In this document: in pieces, positions 36,639 through 45,487 of the stretch
Layout of the letters: every line of letters begins with the position of its first letter
Numbering within the stretch: position 1 is the stretch's first letter
Source of the DNA: Candidatus Woesearchaeota archaeon
Lineage (GTDB): Archaea; Nanobdellota; Nanobdellia; SCGC-AAA011-G17; PNOQ01
Assembly (NCBI GenBank): GCA_018652625.1
Contig: JABIBT010000021.1
Location: 14,502-78,501, forward strand
DNA: 64,000 nucleotides
Direction: 5' to 3'
Position numbers and translations under genes: made by a program
The notes under the pieces: generated by a model
The model's database searches: none
What the model saw: the letters and a program-made list of their open reading frames with translations, nothing else
Told to the model about the DNA's origin: nothing

Positions 36639-37571
36639 ATGGGGGTACATATAAAAATGGATAATAAAGAAATAAAGGGTCCAGATTTTTTGGTCATAGG
36701 TTTACAGAAATGTGGGACTTATTGGATAACCGGGTTGCTTAATAATCATCCAGAAATTAATTGTGTCCCTTCTTTACCCCAGGGGCAGGATGGAATTTTA
36801 GAAGGCCACATATTTGATAATTTAAAATCTATAGATGATGACGGAGGTAAGCATTTTTGTGAGGTTTTTAGTAGGGTACATAATGGGTTTTTTTCAGATT
36901 TAGTCCCAATGTTAGAAAAATTACCAAGACATAAGTTTTATGATTTGATGAAGGAAAGGTATATTGCTTATTGTAATCAATTTAGAACAAAGAGATTGTT
37001 TGGTGAAAAAACTACGGAGTATGTGTGGTGTTTAGATATTATAGATTACTTTTTTTCAGACATAAAAAAATTATGTATTCTCAGAGATGTTAAAGACAGA
37101 ATTGTTTCTTGGCATTTTCATCAGGTTAGGAAAAAAAGGATTCCTGAGGCCCAAGCAGAAACTGTAAGTGATGAACTTATAGCAGATTATTGCAAACGTG
37201 TTAAAAGGGAGTATGGGTCTCTTTTGTTGTATCATAATAATATTCATTGTTTTTCTTATGAGGATATGAAACATGAACCAAAAAAAGTTGTTAAAGAAAT
37301 TCTTAGTTATTTAGATGCCGATGTTAGTGAAGAAATTATAAATGAATTAATTGAGAAAGCATCCTTTGGAAGTTTGACGAAAGTTAGTAAGGTTGGAGGC
37401 GATTATGAGAGAAAGGTAGGTCAAGAGTTGAGAACAAGCCATTTTAGAAAAGGTGTTGTCGGAGATTGGAAAAATTATCTTAAAGAGTATCAATTAGTTT
37501 ATATTAGGGAGCAACTTAAAGAATTACAAGATAAAATAAATCAAAAGTTTGGGTTTAATTTAGAAATTTAA
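36639..37571 (+). CDS. PAPS-dependent sulfotransferase.
   Basis: The 5'-PSB loop is GLQKCGTYW (P-K-x-G-T-T-W type). The 3'-PB motif is RDVKDRIVSWHFH (R-x7-S type). Confidence 0.75.
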   Translation: MGVHIKMDNKEIKGPDFLVIGLQKCGTYWITGLLNNHPEINCVPSLPQGQDGILEGHIFDNLKSIDDDGGKHFCEVFSRVHNGFFSDLVPMLEKLPRHKFYDLMKERYIAYCNQFRTKRLFGEKTTEYVWCLDIIDYFFSDIKKLCILRDVKDRIVSWHFHQVRKKRIPEAQAETVSDELIADYCKRVKREYGSLLLYHNNIHCFSYEDMKHEPKKVVKEILSYLDADVSEEIINELIEKASFGSLTKVSKVGGDYERKVGQELRTSHFRKGVVGDWKNYLKEYQLVYIREQLKELQDKINQKFGFNLEI

Positions 37572-38977
37572 TTATCTTTTTCTATTTCCTTTATGTGGTC
37601 GATAATTCCTTCTGTTACTAAATCAAGATTTTTTTCATCATATAATGATTTTTCTAATTTTCCTATGAACTGGAAATTCCCTGGACGGACGGACTTTTTA
37701 AGTGCGACTATAAATTTTAATAATTTTTCATAATCAAATTTAGAATTTAGAGCTTTTTTAAGTGTTTCATTAAATTTGTAAAAATCTCTTATTGGGTAAA
37801 CTAAGCCGGAGCGATCGTAAAATGCTGTTCCAAATGTCAAAACTGGTTTTTGGTGAAGCATTGCTTCCCAACCTGCATTAGAATTTATTGTTATGGTACA
37901 ATCGGCTTTTTCTATTAGATCATGACTACTTATTTTGGGTTTAAGCAGTCTTACATTCTGCATTTTTTTTAGTTTTCTTAATTCTTTTAATGATGTTTCT
38001 CCTGCACCATTGGGATGTTCTTTTACATATAATTTGTATCTTATTGGTAAATGATTAGAAATATTTTGTATAAAACTAATTTGATTAGCATATTGTGGTG
38101 CTCTTACTAAGATGGCCGCATCTGTTGCTCGGTGTAAGGGATAATAAATAAATTTTTCTCCTTCTACTGGTTTTTCATAGAAAATTTTTGTAAATCTTTT
38201 CCTTATTGATCTTGCACCGAGTTCTCCAGCTATTTTTAATAAGTCCGCATAAGGGTTTTTCATCTTTTCTTTTACGAAATTTATATAAAATCGTTTTACT
38301 GTTAGTTTAACATTATCTAGATTTATTGCTGGAGGAATTATAACTAAATTAACTCCTTTCTTTTTTTCTATTGTTTCTTTCATATAATTTTCTGCCCATT
38401 CTCTTTCTTCCTTAGTTAGTAGTTTATCTTGATTTTCTTCCCAATATTTATCTAATAAATAAATTCTACCTATGTGATCTGGAGAGATTGTGAATGTGTT
38501 TGGTAGGGGTTCTACTTTTCCTGATAAATGAATTCCTCCCTGTTTTTTTATTATGGCTCTTGGGACTTCATTTATGAACCTTTCAACCCCTCCAATAATT
38601 AAATCAATGCTATTGGTTTTGAAGTATTTCTCCCAAAATTTAAAATGTTGAACTAATCCAATTAATGCATTTTTTCTTCCTTTTCTAGAGTAGTTTTTAT
38701 CTCCCAGCAAGAGTAAGTTCATACTTGGGATATCATATTTTTTTTCATAGTATTCAAGATAATTATTTAATCTATGTTGCGGATTAAAACTTAAAATATC
38801 ATCTAAGATAAATGTAGCATTTACTCCTCTTTCTTTGAAATAATTCATGCATTCTTTAGAATAGGTTGCATATTGAATTTTATATCCTTTTTTTTCTAGC
38901 CTTTTCCCAAAAGGATAGGTTCTTTCTGCAAATTGTATGGCATTGGATATAAAAAGAATGTTTTTTATTTTTTTCAT
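37568..38977 (-). CDS. Capsule polysaccharide biosynthesis protein (Capsule_synth, KpsS/KpsC-like).
   Basis: The resemblance is from memory: YYPLHRATDAAILVRAPQY ... YVKEHPNG and a GT-B-like layout. A TATA box lies about 26-33 nt upstream (39003-39010). Confidence 0.5.
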   Translation of the reverse strand: MKKIKNILFISNAIQFAERTYPFGKRLEKKGYKIQYATYSKECMNYFKERGVNATFILDDILSFNPQHRLNNYLEYYEKKYDIPSMNLLLLGDKNYSRKGRKNALIGLVQHFKFWEKYFKTNSIDLIIGGVERFINEVPRAIIKKQGGIHLSGKVEPLPNTFTISPDHIGRIYLLDKYWEENQDKLLTKEEREWAENYMKETIEKKKGVNLVIIPPAINLDNVKLTVKRFYINFVKEKMKNPYADLLKIAGELGARSIRKRFTKIFYEKPVEGEKFIYYPLHRATDAAILVRAPQYANQISFIQNISNHLPIRYKLYVKEHPNGAGETSLKELRKLKKMQNVRLLKPKISSHDLIEKADCTITINSNAGWEAMLHQKPVLTFGTAFYDRSGLVYPIRDFYKFNETLKKALNSKFDYEKLLKFIVALKKSVRPGNFQFIGKLEKSLYDEKNLDLVTEGIIDHIKEIEKDN

Positions 38978-39051
38978 GTGTCTTAGAAGTTTTGATGAGG
39001 ATTTATAAAATTTATCTATTTTTAGTTTCCCAATTTATTTGAGAGGGGGTA

Positions 39052-39633
39052 TTATAATTTAAGATATTTCATTATTTCTTCTACACACCCTTCTACGTTT
39101 TTATCCTTTGTATTTATTGTTATTTCTGGATTTTCCGGAACTTCATAGGAGTGGCTTATTCCTGTGAATTCTTTTAGTTCACCAGATCTTGCTTTTTTAT
39201 ATAGCCCCTTGGTATCCCTTTTTTCACATTCTTCTAGTGGGCAGTCTACATACACTTCAATAAAGTCTTCTCCAGCATAACTTCTTGCTAAATCCCTTTC
39301 TTTTTTTAATGGACTTATGAAGGAAGCTATTGTGAATATTCCAGCGTCATAAAATAATTTTGTCAATTCTGCCAACCTTCTTATGTTTTCTTCCCTATCT
39401 TTTGTTGAGAAGCCCAAATCCTTGTTTAGGCCGTGTCTTACATTATCCCCATCAAGAACATAACTTAGAATTCCTTTTTCGTGTAGTTTTTTCTCTAATT
39501 CAATAGCTATAGTTGACTTTCCAGAGCCAGATAAGCCGGTAAACCAGATTACTTTGTTTTTGGTTTTAGTTAGCTCTAACCTGTTTTCTCTTGAAATTTT
39601 TCTACTGTGCCAAATTATATTTGGTGAAGGCAT
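39052..39633 (-). CDS. cysC: Adenylylsulfate (APS) kinase, canonical.
   Basis: WFTGLSGSGKSTIA, LDGDNVRHGLNKDLGFS and SFISP are all intact. Confidence 0.9.
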   Translation of the reverse strand: MPSPNIIWHSRKISRENRLELTKTKNKVIWFTGLSGSGKSTIAIELEKKLHEKGILSYVLDGDNVRHGLNKDLGFSTKDREENIRRLAELTKLFYDAGIFTIASFISPLKKERDLARSYAGEDFIEVYVDCPLEECEKRDTKGLYKKARSGELKEFTGISHSYEVPENPEITINTKDKNVEGCVEEIMKYLKL

Positions 39634-39654
39634 AAATATAGAGATTTTTATGTT

Positions 39655-39684
39655 TTTTTATAGTTTATGATTTTGTTTTCTATT
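39655..39684. repeat. 30-nt exact direct repeat, copy 1 (TTTTTATAGTTTATGATTTTGTTTTCTATT).
   Basis: It is identical to 40794-40823. A related TAGCT-containing tail and a TATA-like box follow at the same ~20-nt offset. On the minus strand its 5' part reads CTATAAAAA, about 27-30 nt upstream of the cysC start. Confidence 0.85.
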
Positions 39685-39981
39685 GTAGCTAATCTCTCTA
39701 AACTTATATAGACTAATTTATTTTATATATTGCCCCAAATTAATTATTGAATTTATTGTATACTTTATTGAAATATCATAAATATTATTTAATGTATTTA
39801 ATAGCTCTGTTATAGAAACTTATTTAAAACAGAAGAAGTTTGATATAAAGATATATTTTTTAATATAAAAAGAAAAAATGTTTAAATATTTTATAAAATT
39901 TAATAAATTAAGGAAGATGTGAACATGGCTGAAATTAATTTGCCCAAATTTAAAATTATTTGTATTAATGGAGGATAGATA

Positions 39982-40731
39982 ATGGAGAAAAAAATGGAAA
40001 CAAAAAAAAGTTTAGATTATTATGATTATTATAATAATAAAGATTATGCTTTAAAAAGATTTAAGAAATTATCTAATTCAAATTATAGAAAGTTTTATGC
40101 TCATTTTTATAATAGAGTTTCAGTTAAAAAGGAGATGAAAGTTCTTGATGTGGGGTGTGGAGTTGGTTATTTTACTAATTTAGTAGAATTAAAAGGAGCA
40201 AAGGGGTTTGGTATTGATATCTCTAAAGAATGTATTAAATTAGCCAAAGAAAATTTTAAAGGAGAATTTTTAGAAGGAGATATTACTAAATTGCCCTACG
40301 AAAATAATTTTTTTGATGTAATCCATTGTGATGAAGTAATTGAACATTTGTCTTTAAATGAGGCTAGATTGATGGTAAATGAAATGCAGAGGGTATTAAA
40401 GAAAGGAGGGAGAATATATGTCAAGACCCCAAATAAAGAAGCTACCGGATATAGATGGTTACTTCAAAAGTTTAAGGGTCAACAAAAAATAAAGAAAAAT
40501 GATACCCATATATTTGAGTATACAAAACGGGAGTTGTATAATATGTTTAATAAATTTGGAATAAATTATATAAAACAAGAAACTTATATCCCTAATAAAG
40601 GTGTTTTAGGGGTTTTTTTGGGTAGTTTTTTTAGTTTTCCTATTTTGAGGAAATGGTTCGGAATAAAACTATTTATGGAAGCGAAGAAAATTAATGAACT
40701 AGATGATGTTGAGAAAATTCTAAATACTTGA
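39982..40731 (+). CDS. Class I SAM-dependent methyltransferase.
   Basis: Motif I is VLDVGCGVGYFT. GGAGGA lies 6 nt upstream of the ATG. Confidence 0.75.
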   Translation: MEKKMETKKSLDYYDYYNNKDYALKRFKKLSNSNYRKFYAHFYNRVSVKKEMKVLDVGCGVGYFTNLVELKGAKGFGIDISKECIKLAKENFKGEFLEGDITKLPYENNFFDVIHCDEVIEHLSLNEARLMVNEMQRVLKKGGRIYVKTPNKEATGYRWLLQKFKGQQKIKKNDTHIFEYTKRELYNMFNKFGINYIKQETYIPNKGVLGVFLGSFFSFPILRKWFGIKLFMEAKKINELDDVEKILNT

Positions 40732-40793
40732 GTTTTTTTATTAATATTTTTAATTTTATATTTTTTACATTAAAAATTTATTTTTTGATATAA

Positions 40794-40823
40794 TTTTTAT
40801 AGTTTATGATTTTGTTTTCTATT
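40794..40823. repeat. 30-nt exact direct repeat, copy 2.
   Basis: It is identical to 39655-39684 and lies 1139 bp downstream. It ends 20 nt before the TATA box at 40844-40851. Confidence 0.85.
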
Positions 40824-40843
40824 AAATTAGCTCTTTCGGAATG

Positions 40844-40851
40844 TTTATAAA
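40844..40851 (+). promoter_or_regulatory. TATA box (TTTATAAA).
   Basis: It lies 32 nt upstream of ATG 40876, which supports that start. Confidence 0.5.
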
Positions 40852-40875
40852 ACCAACTTTATTCCACAAATTACG

Positions 40876-41781
40876 ATGCATAGGTTAAATTTTTGTGGAA
40901 CTTTATGTTTGCCCAATCAGGTTGAGGGATATCCTTCTAGGGGTATGAATGTTGTTAAGGATTTTGAAGAAGGGGCAGTGATTCCTATGGCAAAACCTGC
41001 AGCTACAAGACATATACTTTATTCTTCTAGACCTGTTGAGTATAATCTGAAAACTGACGAATCTAGAATATTACAAGCAAAGGATCTTGATAGTGAAGAT
41101 AAAATTAGTGCGTTATTGGCTAATCCAGATATGGTTGTTGGTAGTCCAGATCATGCCTTGGATACGGATTCAAGGTTGGATGCTGTTTTTTCTAGAAGGG
41201 ATGAAAATTTAAGACATATTGTTGATAGATTGTTCACTTATGACCAAAGAGATGTTCTTATTTTTATAAATAATGGAATAGGTACCAATGGAATTGTTAG
41301 AGATGAAAATGGTCTAGCCTATGCAGTTAAAAAAGATGGAAAAATATTTGATCAACATCAAAAAGGACTTCCTGGAAGTTATCAAAATTCTGCTCATGAA
41401 CATATTCATGTAATGCCCGCAAGCTCAGAACTGGATAGTGCATTGTTTTCGGGTTTGAAGGAGTTACATAAACATTATTCTTCCCATTGGGTTCCTTTAA
41501 ATGACCGTATTTCTGGAGTGAGAGATGGGGAATTACCTGAATTTGAAGCTGTGCCCTGTATAGCTATTTCTTTTATTGAATATGGGGCTAATTTGAATAG
41601 AGAATTATTATTTGGTTATTTTCCTGCAAACGATTTAATTGGAGAACAGAAAGGAATGGCGGGAATAGCAAGAAATCTTCTTCAAGCGCATAGTGAATCT
41701 CAAGGTATGTCTTTTGAAAAAGAAGATGTTAGAGATATGGTTAGTAGAACTGCAGATTTTTATGCTAAAATACTTAGTTGA
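40876..41781 (+). CDS. Hypothetical protein with a histidine-triad-like H-x-H-x-H motif; possibly a HIT/GalT-superfamily nucleotide transferase or phosphorylase.
   Basis: NSAHEHIHVMP resembles H-phi-H-phi-H-phi-phi. The composition is visibly less Lys/Ile-rich and more GC-rich than the neighbours. I recognise no other motif. Confidence 0.3.
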   Translation: MHRLNFCGTLCLPNQVEGYPSRGMNVVKDFEEGAVIPMAKPAATRHILYSSRPVEYNLKTDESRILQAKDLDSEDKISALLANPDMVVGSPDHALDTDSRLDAVFSRRDENLRHIVDRLFTYDQRDVLIFINNGIGTNGIVRDENGLAYAVKKDGKIFDQHQKGLPGSYQNSAHEHIHVMPASSELDSALFSGLKELHKHYSSHWVPLNDRISGVRDGELPEFEAVPCIAISFIEYGANLNRELLFGYFPANDLIGEQKGMAGIARNLLQAHSESQGMSFEKEDVRDMVSRTADFYAKILS

Positions 41782-41784
41782 TTT

Positions 41785-43197
41785 TTGCTTAATAAGTTTT
41801 ATAAGTTGGATGTTTCTGCCCGTATTATGTTACAAGATTACTTAATTGATGAGCAATATAACTCTCCTTTAAAATTATTAAAAGAGAATAACTTGTCTTA
41901 TGTTTTATTCAAACAAACTAAAAAGTACAATCATTCTATTGGGGGACTTGATATTTTGATTACTCCAATAAAAAAGTATAAAGAATCTATCGATTTGTTG
42001 AATAAAAATGGATTTTCTATTTATTTTAGCGAAAAGAATGAGCCATACAAGACTATGATGGTTAAATACTGTGAAGGATTCTTATTAGTTTTACATATCC
42101 ACCGGCAAATTGGTTGGTTGGGGATGAAGTGTCTAACTGCAAATGAGGTTGAAAAAACTAAAATTAAATTAAATGAATTGGTTTATATTCCTTCTTTTGA
42201 AAATCAATTAATGATCCATATATCTCATATATTATTTGAAAATTATAAAATTGAAGAATATGAATATAGGTTGATTTCTGATTTATTAAAAAAAGAATTG
42301 GATTGGAAATATATTTATTCTATAACTGAGGCGTATGGTTGGAAATATTCTTTCTCTAGATTTATTGGATGTTTTAAAACCAACCCAGAGGAATTGTTTT
42401 CTAATTCTAAGAATTTTCCTTATTCTTTGAAAAATTCTTTCACAGTCCCTGCAAATTTTAAAAGAATTTTTAGTAAAGATTTTGGTTTGATTAGTTGGTT
42501 TTTGTTTAAACAGATTTTTCAATTCTTTTCAAAAAGAGCTTCTCTAAAAAGGAAGGGAACTTTGATTGCTTTTTCTGGAGTTAATGGTTCTGGCAAAACC
42601 ACCCTAAGTAAGGGTCTCTTGAAGGCATATGCAAAACTCTTTGATAGACTAAATCTTAATTCAGAATATTATTACTTTGGTTGGAAACCAATTTTTCCTT
42701 GGACAAAATTAATTTCAAAGAAAATGGAAAAAAAGGGTAAAAGAGTATATGATGAGTCTATAAATAAAGAAAAGATACCAAATTTTAGTTTAAAATTGGA
42801 ATTATTGTTTTTGTATGTTTTTATTGAAGATTTATTTAGATACTTGTTTCATATTTATCCAAAGTTAAGAAAAAGAGAATTGGTAGTGTCAGACAGATAT
42901 TTTTATAGAATGTATGGGCAATATCCTTATGCCAAAAATAGCAGATTGATAAAATACTTGGTTAAAATGTTTCCTAGGCCAGATTTTACTTTTTTGTTGG
43001 AGGTTGAAGTGGATATATTGGCAGAAAGAAGAAAAGACCAGACTAGACAAAACTTAGAAGAGCAACGTGATAATTATACAAATTTAATTAAGATTGTAAA
43101 ACCAATAAGAGTTAAAAGTAGAAAGTTTGTTGACAAAAACTTATATAAATTGATTGAAGTTACATGGAAAGATATGTTTAGGAAACTGGGGTATTGA
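41785..43197 (+). CDS. Fusion protein: N-terminal minimal-nucleotidyltransferase-like domain plus a C-terminal thymidylate-kinase-like P-loop domain.
   Basis: The N-terminal part YVLFK ... GGLDILI ... LLNKNGF resembles uncharacterised NTase families. The C-terminal part has the P-loop FSGVNGSGKTT and VVSDRYFY (the TMK DRY motif). The start is TTG, 3 nt after the upstream stop. Confidence 0.45.
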   Translation: MLNKFYKLDVSARIMLQDYLIDEQYNSPLKLLKENNLSYVLFKQTKKYNHSIGGLDILITPIKKYKESIDLLNKNGFSIYFSEKNEPYKTMMVKYCEGFLLVLHIHRQIGWLGMKCLTANEVEKTKIKLNELVYIPSFENQLMIHISHILFENYKIEEYEYRLISDLLKKELDWKYIYSITEAYGWKYSFSRFIGCFKTNPEELFSNSKNFPYSLKNSFTVPANFKRIFSKDFGLISWFLFKQIFQFFSKRASLKRKGTLIAFSGVNGSGKTTLSKGLLKAYAKLFDRLNLNSEYYYFGWKPIFPWTKLISKKMEKKGKRVYDESINKEKIPNFSLKLELLFLYVFIEDLFRYLFHIYPKLRKRELVVSDRYFYRMYGQYPYAKNSRLIKYLVKMFPRPDFTFLLEVEVDILAERRKDQTRQNLEEQRDNYTNLIKIVKPIRVKSRKFVDKNLYKLIEVTWKDMFRKLGY

Positions 43198-43198
43198 G

Positions 43199-44497
43199 AT
43201 GTATGAATCAACTGAAATTATAAAAATAATATTGAATGAATTTGATTCAAGTAATCTTGATTATGCAATTATTAGAAACTATGGTTTTTTGTCTGATGAT
43301 AATGAACAAGTTGGAAAGGATGTAGATATTGTCATAGAAGAAGAAAAGGCTAATGAATTTGGAAGTATACTTACTTCTAATGGTTTTTTTAGGCAACCTA
43401 TAAGCCCCCATTCTAGTCATTCTGGATTTTGGAAATATTTACCTGAAGAGAAAAAGTTAGTTAAATTCCATTTTCATGAAGGTGGCATTTCTGGGAATAG
43501 TATACCTTATCTTAAAGCAAAACAAGTTTTGGAAAGAAGAAGAAAAATGGACTCTTTTTATGTAATATCTGATGAGGACTTGTTAATTAATATTCTCTTT
43601 CATTCAAAATTAAGCGGAGAAAAAGCTAGATATGCTCCATTAGTTAGAGAGCTTCGTAAAAAGAGATTAGATACTAGTTATGTTTTTAATTCAATAAAAG
43701 ATATTTTGGGTAGAGAATTGTCAAAGAATATGTTTCATGCATATAAGGAATTAAATTTTGAGAAGTTGGATAACTTGAAACCCGAAATTAAGAAATCCTT
43801 GGTTATGAGAAATCCTTTTCCAGTTTTTAGGACTTTGTTTTTGAGCTCTTTATGGAAAATTGGTAGATTGATTAAACCTAGCCCATTAGTGTGCTTTATT
43901 GGTATGGATGGTTCTGGGAAAAGCACCGTTACTAGTAACTTATCTGATGTTTTTAAGAAGAATAAATTGAAGTCTTCATTAATATATACTGGGAGAGGTA
44001 GAAATAATCTTCTTCCAATACAATTCTTTGGTAGAAAGTATAAAGCTAAAGAGAAAAAAGAGGAGACTTCGGAAAAAAGATCAAATAAATCTTTGAAAAA
44101 GAAATTAATTTATTCATTAGCTGCTCCGGTTTTTGCTTTGGATTTGTACTTAAGATATTTGAAAGATATTTTTCCTAAAAGAATTAAAGATGAAATTGTT
44201 ATTGTAGATAGGTATGCTACCGATTTATTATTAATGAAAAATGTTAATAATAAATTAAGAAAAGTATTGTATTCTATTTTTCCAAAGCCAACAATGGTTT
44301 TTTATTTGTATAATGATCCAGAACTTCTTTATCAGAGAAAGCCCGGCCATCCAGCAGGAGATTTAGAAAGGCAGGAAAAGTTATTTGATATGATTTTACC
44401 AACGTTGGATAATTTGAATAAAATTAAGTCTGAAAGTGAAAAACAAACGTTAGATGATGTTTCTAATTTATTATTTCCCAAATTTTTAAACCATTGA
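43199..44497 (+). CDS. Paralogous fusion protein: NTase-like N-domain plus TMK-like P-loop C-domain.
   Basis: YAIIRNYGFL ... GKDVDIVIEEEKA ... LTSNGF is followed by IGMDGSGKST and IVDRYATD. The start is set at ATG 43199, 1 nt after the upstream stop, rather than the ORF-track 43154. Confidence 0.45.
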   Translation: MYESTEIIKIILNEFDSSNLDYAIIRNYGFLSDDNEQVGKDVDIVIEEEKANEFGSILTSNGFFRQPISPHSSHSGFWKYLPEEKKLVKFHFHEGGISGNSIPYLKAKQVLERRRKMDSFYVISDEDLLINILFHSKLSGEKARYAPLVRELRKKRLDTSYVFNSIKDILGRELSKNMFHAYKELNFEKLDNLKPEIKKSLVMRNPFPVFRTLFLSSLWKIGRLIKPSPLVCFIGMDGSGKSTVTSNLSDVFKKNKLKSSLIYTGRGRNNLLPIQFFGRKYKAKEKKEETSEKRSNKSLKKKLIYSLAAPVFALDLYLRYLKDIFPKRIKDEIVIVDRYATDLLLMKNVNNKLRKVLYSIFPKPTMVFYLYNDPELLYQRKPGHPAGDLERQEKLFDMILPTLDNLNKIKSESEKQTLDDVSNLLFPKFLNH

Positions 44498-45487
44498 ATT
44501 GTATAATTTTAGGTACCTATTGAACATCTTTTTCTCAGTGTATTCTTCTAAAATTCTTTCTCTTGCTTTTTTTCCTAAGTTAATTCTTTTTTCTTTATTA
44601 TTCAATAAATCTACAATTTTGTTTTTTATTTGATTTGGAGAATTTGGTTTGACATACTCTACTGAATCCTGTGCAACTTCTTTTAGATTTTCTAGATTTG
44701 TTGTGATAACTGCCCTTTCACATGCCATCGTTTCTAGAAGTACCAATGGAATTCCTGTTGCTCCAGCCTTAGTTCTATATGGAATTACTATTATGTCGCT
44801 TTCATTGTATGTTTTTTCTATGTTTTCTACTTTTCCAAATACTTTTATTTTTTTGTTATGTTTTTTTGCAAGCTTTTCTGTTTTTTTAGAAAATTCTGAA
44901 AGGTAGATATGTAATTCTACATTGGATTTTATTTTCCCAAATGCCTTTATTACGTCATAAACTCCTTTCAAAGAATCGTTGTGTCCAAAATATGAAACTC
45001 TCAAGGTATTCCTTTTTATTTTTAAATTTTTGAATCTTTTTTCATCTATTCCGAAAGGGATAACCCTTATATTTGAAAGGTTTAGTTCATTTTTCATGTG
45101 GAGAGTCGGAACAACTAAAATGTTCATATTTTTTAGATAGTGTTTTTTTAATTTCAGGGGGATTAGTGAACTTAAGGATGGTAAGAACATATCTTTAATT
45201 CTTGAGTGCCCTTTTGGATACTCTTGCCCAAGTTTGAGATTGGATTCTAATGTGTTGAAGAAAGTTTTGTACCCCTTTTCATTTATGTATGAATAAAGAG
45301 AGTATATTTTTTTTATCTTTTCATTTTTTATTGAGGAAAAGAATCCATGAGAGTGAATATGTCTGAAATCTTCCCCATTATTTACAAATTCTATCTTATT
45401 TTTTTGCATAAACTCTTTTATTTTTTTAGATATAATAGTTAGCCCTTCGGTTGAAAATTCTCCTGGTGAGAGATAATTAACTTTCAT
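44486..45487 (-). CDS. Glycosyltransferase family 4.
   Basis: GATGIPLVLLETMACERAVITTN is the E-x7-E region. Confidence 0.7.
   Translation of the reverse strand: MKVNYLSPGEFSTEGLTIISKKIKEFMQKNKIEFVNNGEDFRHIHSHGFFSSIKNEKIKKIYSLYSYINEKGYKTFFNTLESNLKLGQEYPKGHSRIKDMFLPSLSSLIPLKLKKHYLKNMNILVVPTLHMKNELNLSNIRVIPFGIDEKRFKNLKIKRNTLRVSYFGHNDSLKGVYDVIKAFGKIKSNVELHIYLSEFSKKTEKLAKKHNKKIKVFGKVENIEKTYNESDIIVIPYRTKAGATGIPLVLLETMACERAVITTNLENLKEVAQDSVEYVKPNSPNQIKNKIVDLLNNKEKRINLGKKARERILEEYTEKKMFNRYLKLYNSMV

Noticed and set aside
39685-39981. A ~300-bp extremely AT-rich non-coding stretch lies upstream of the methyltransferase. I checked it for a CRISPR array or leader, tandem repeats or an RNA gene.
   Set aside because: I found no periodic repeats and no stable stems. 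The only ORF is a 17-codon one (MAEINLPKFKIICINGG). I keep it only as a possible long leader under the 30-nt repeat finding.
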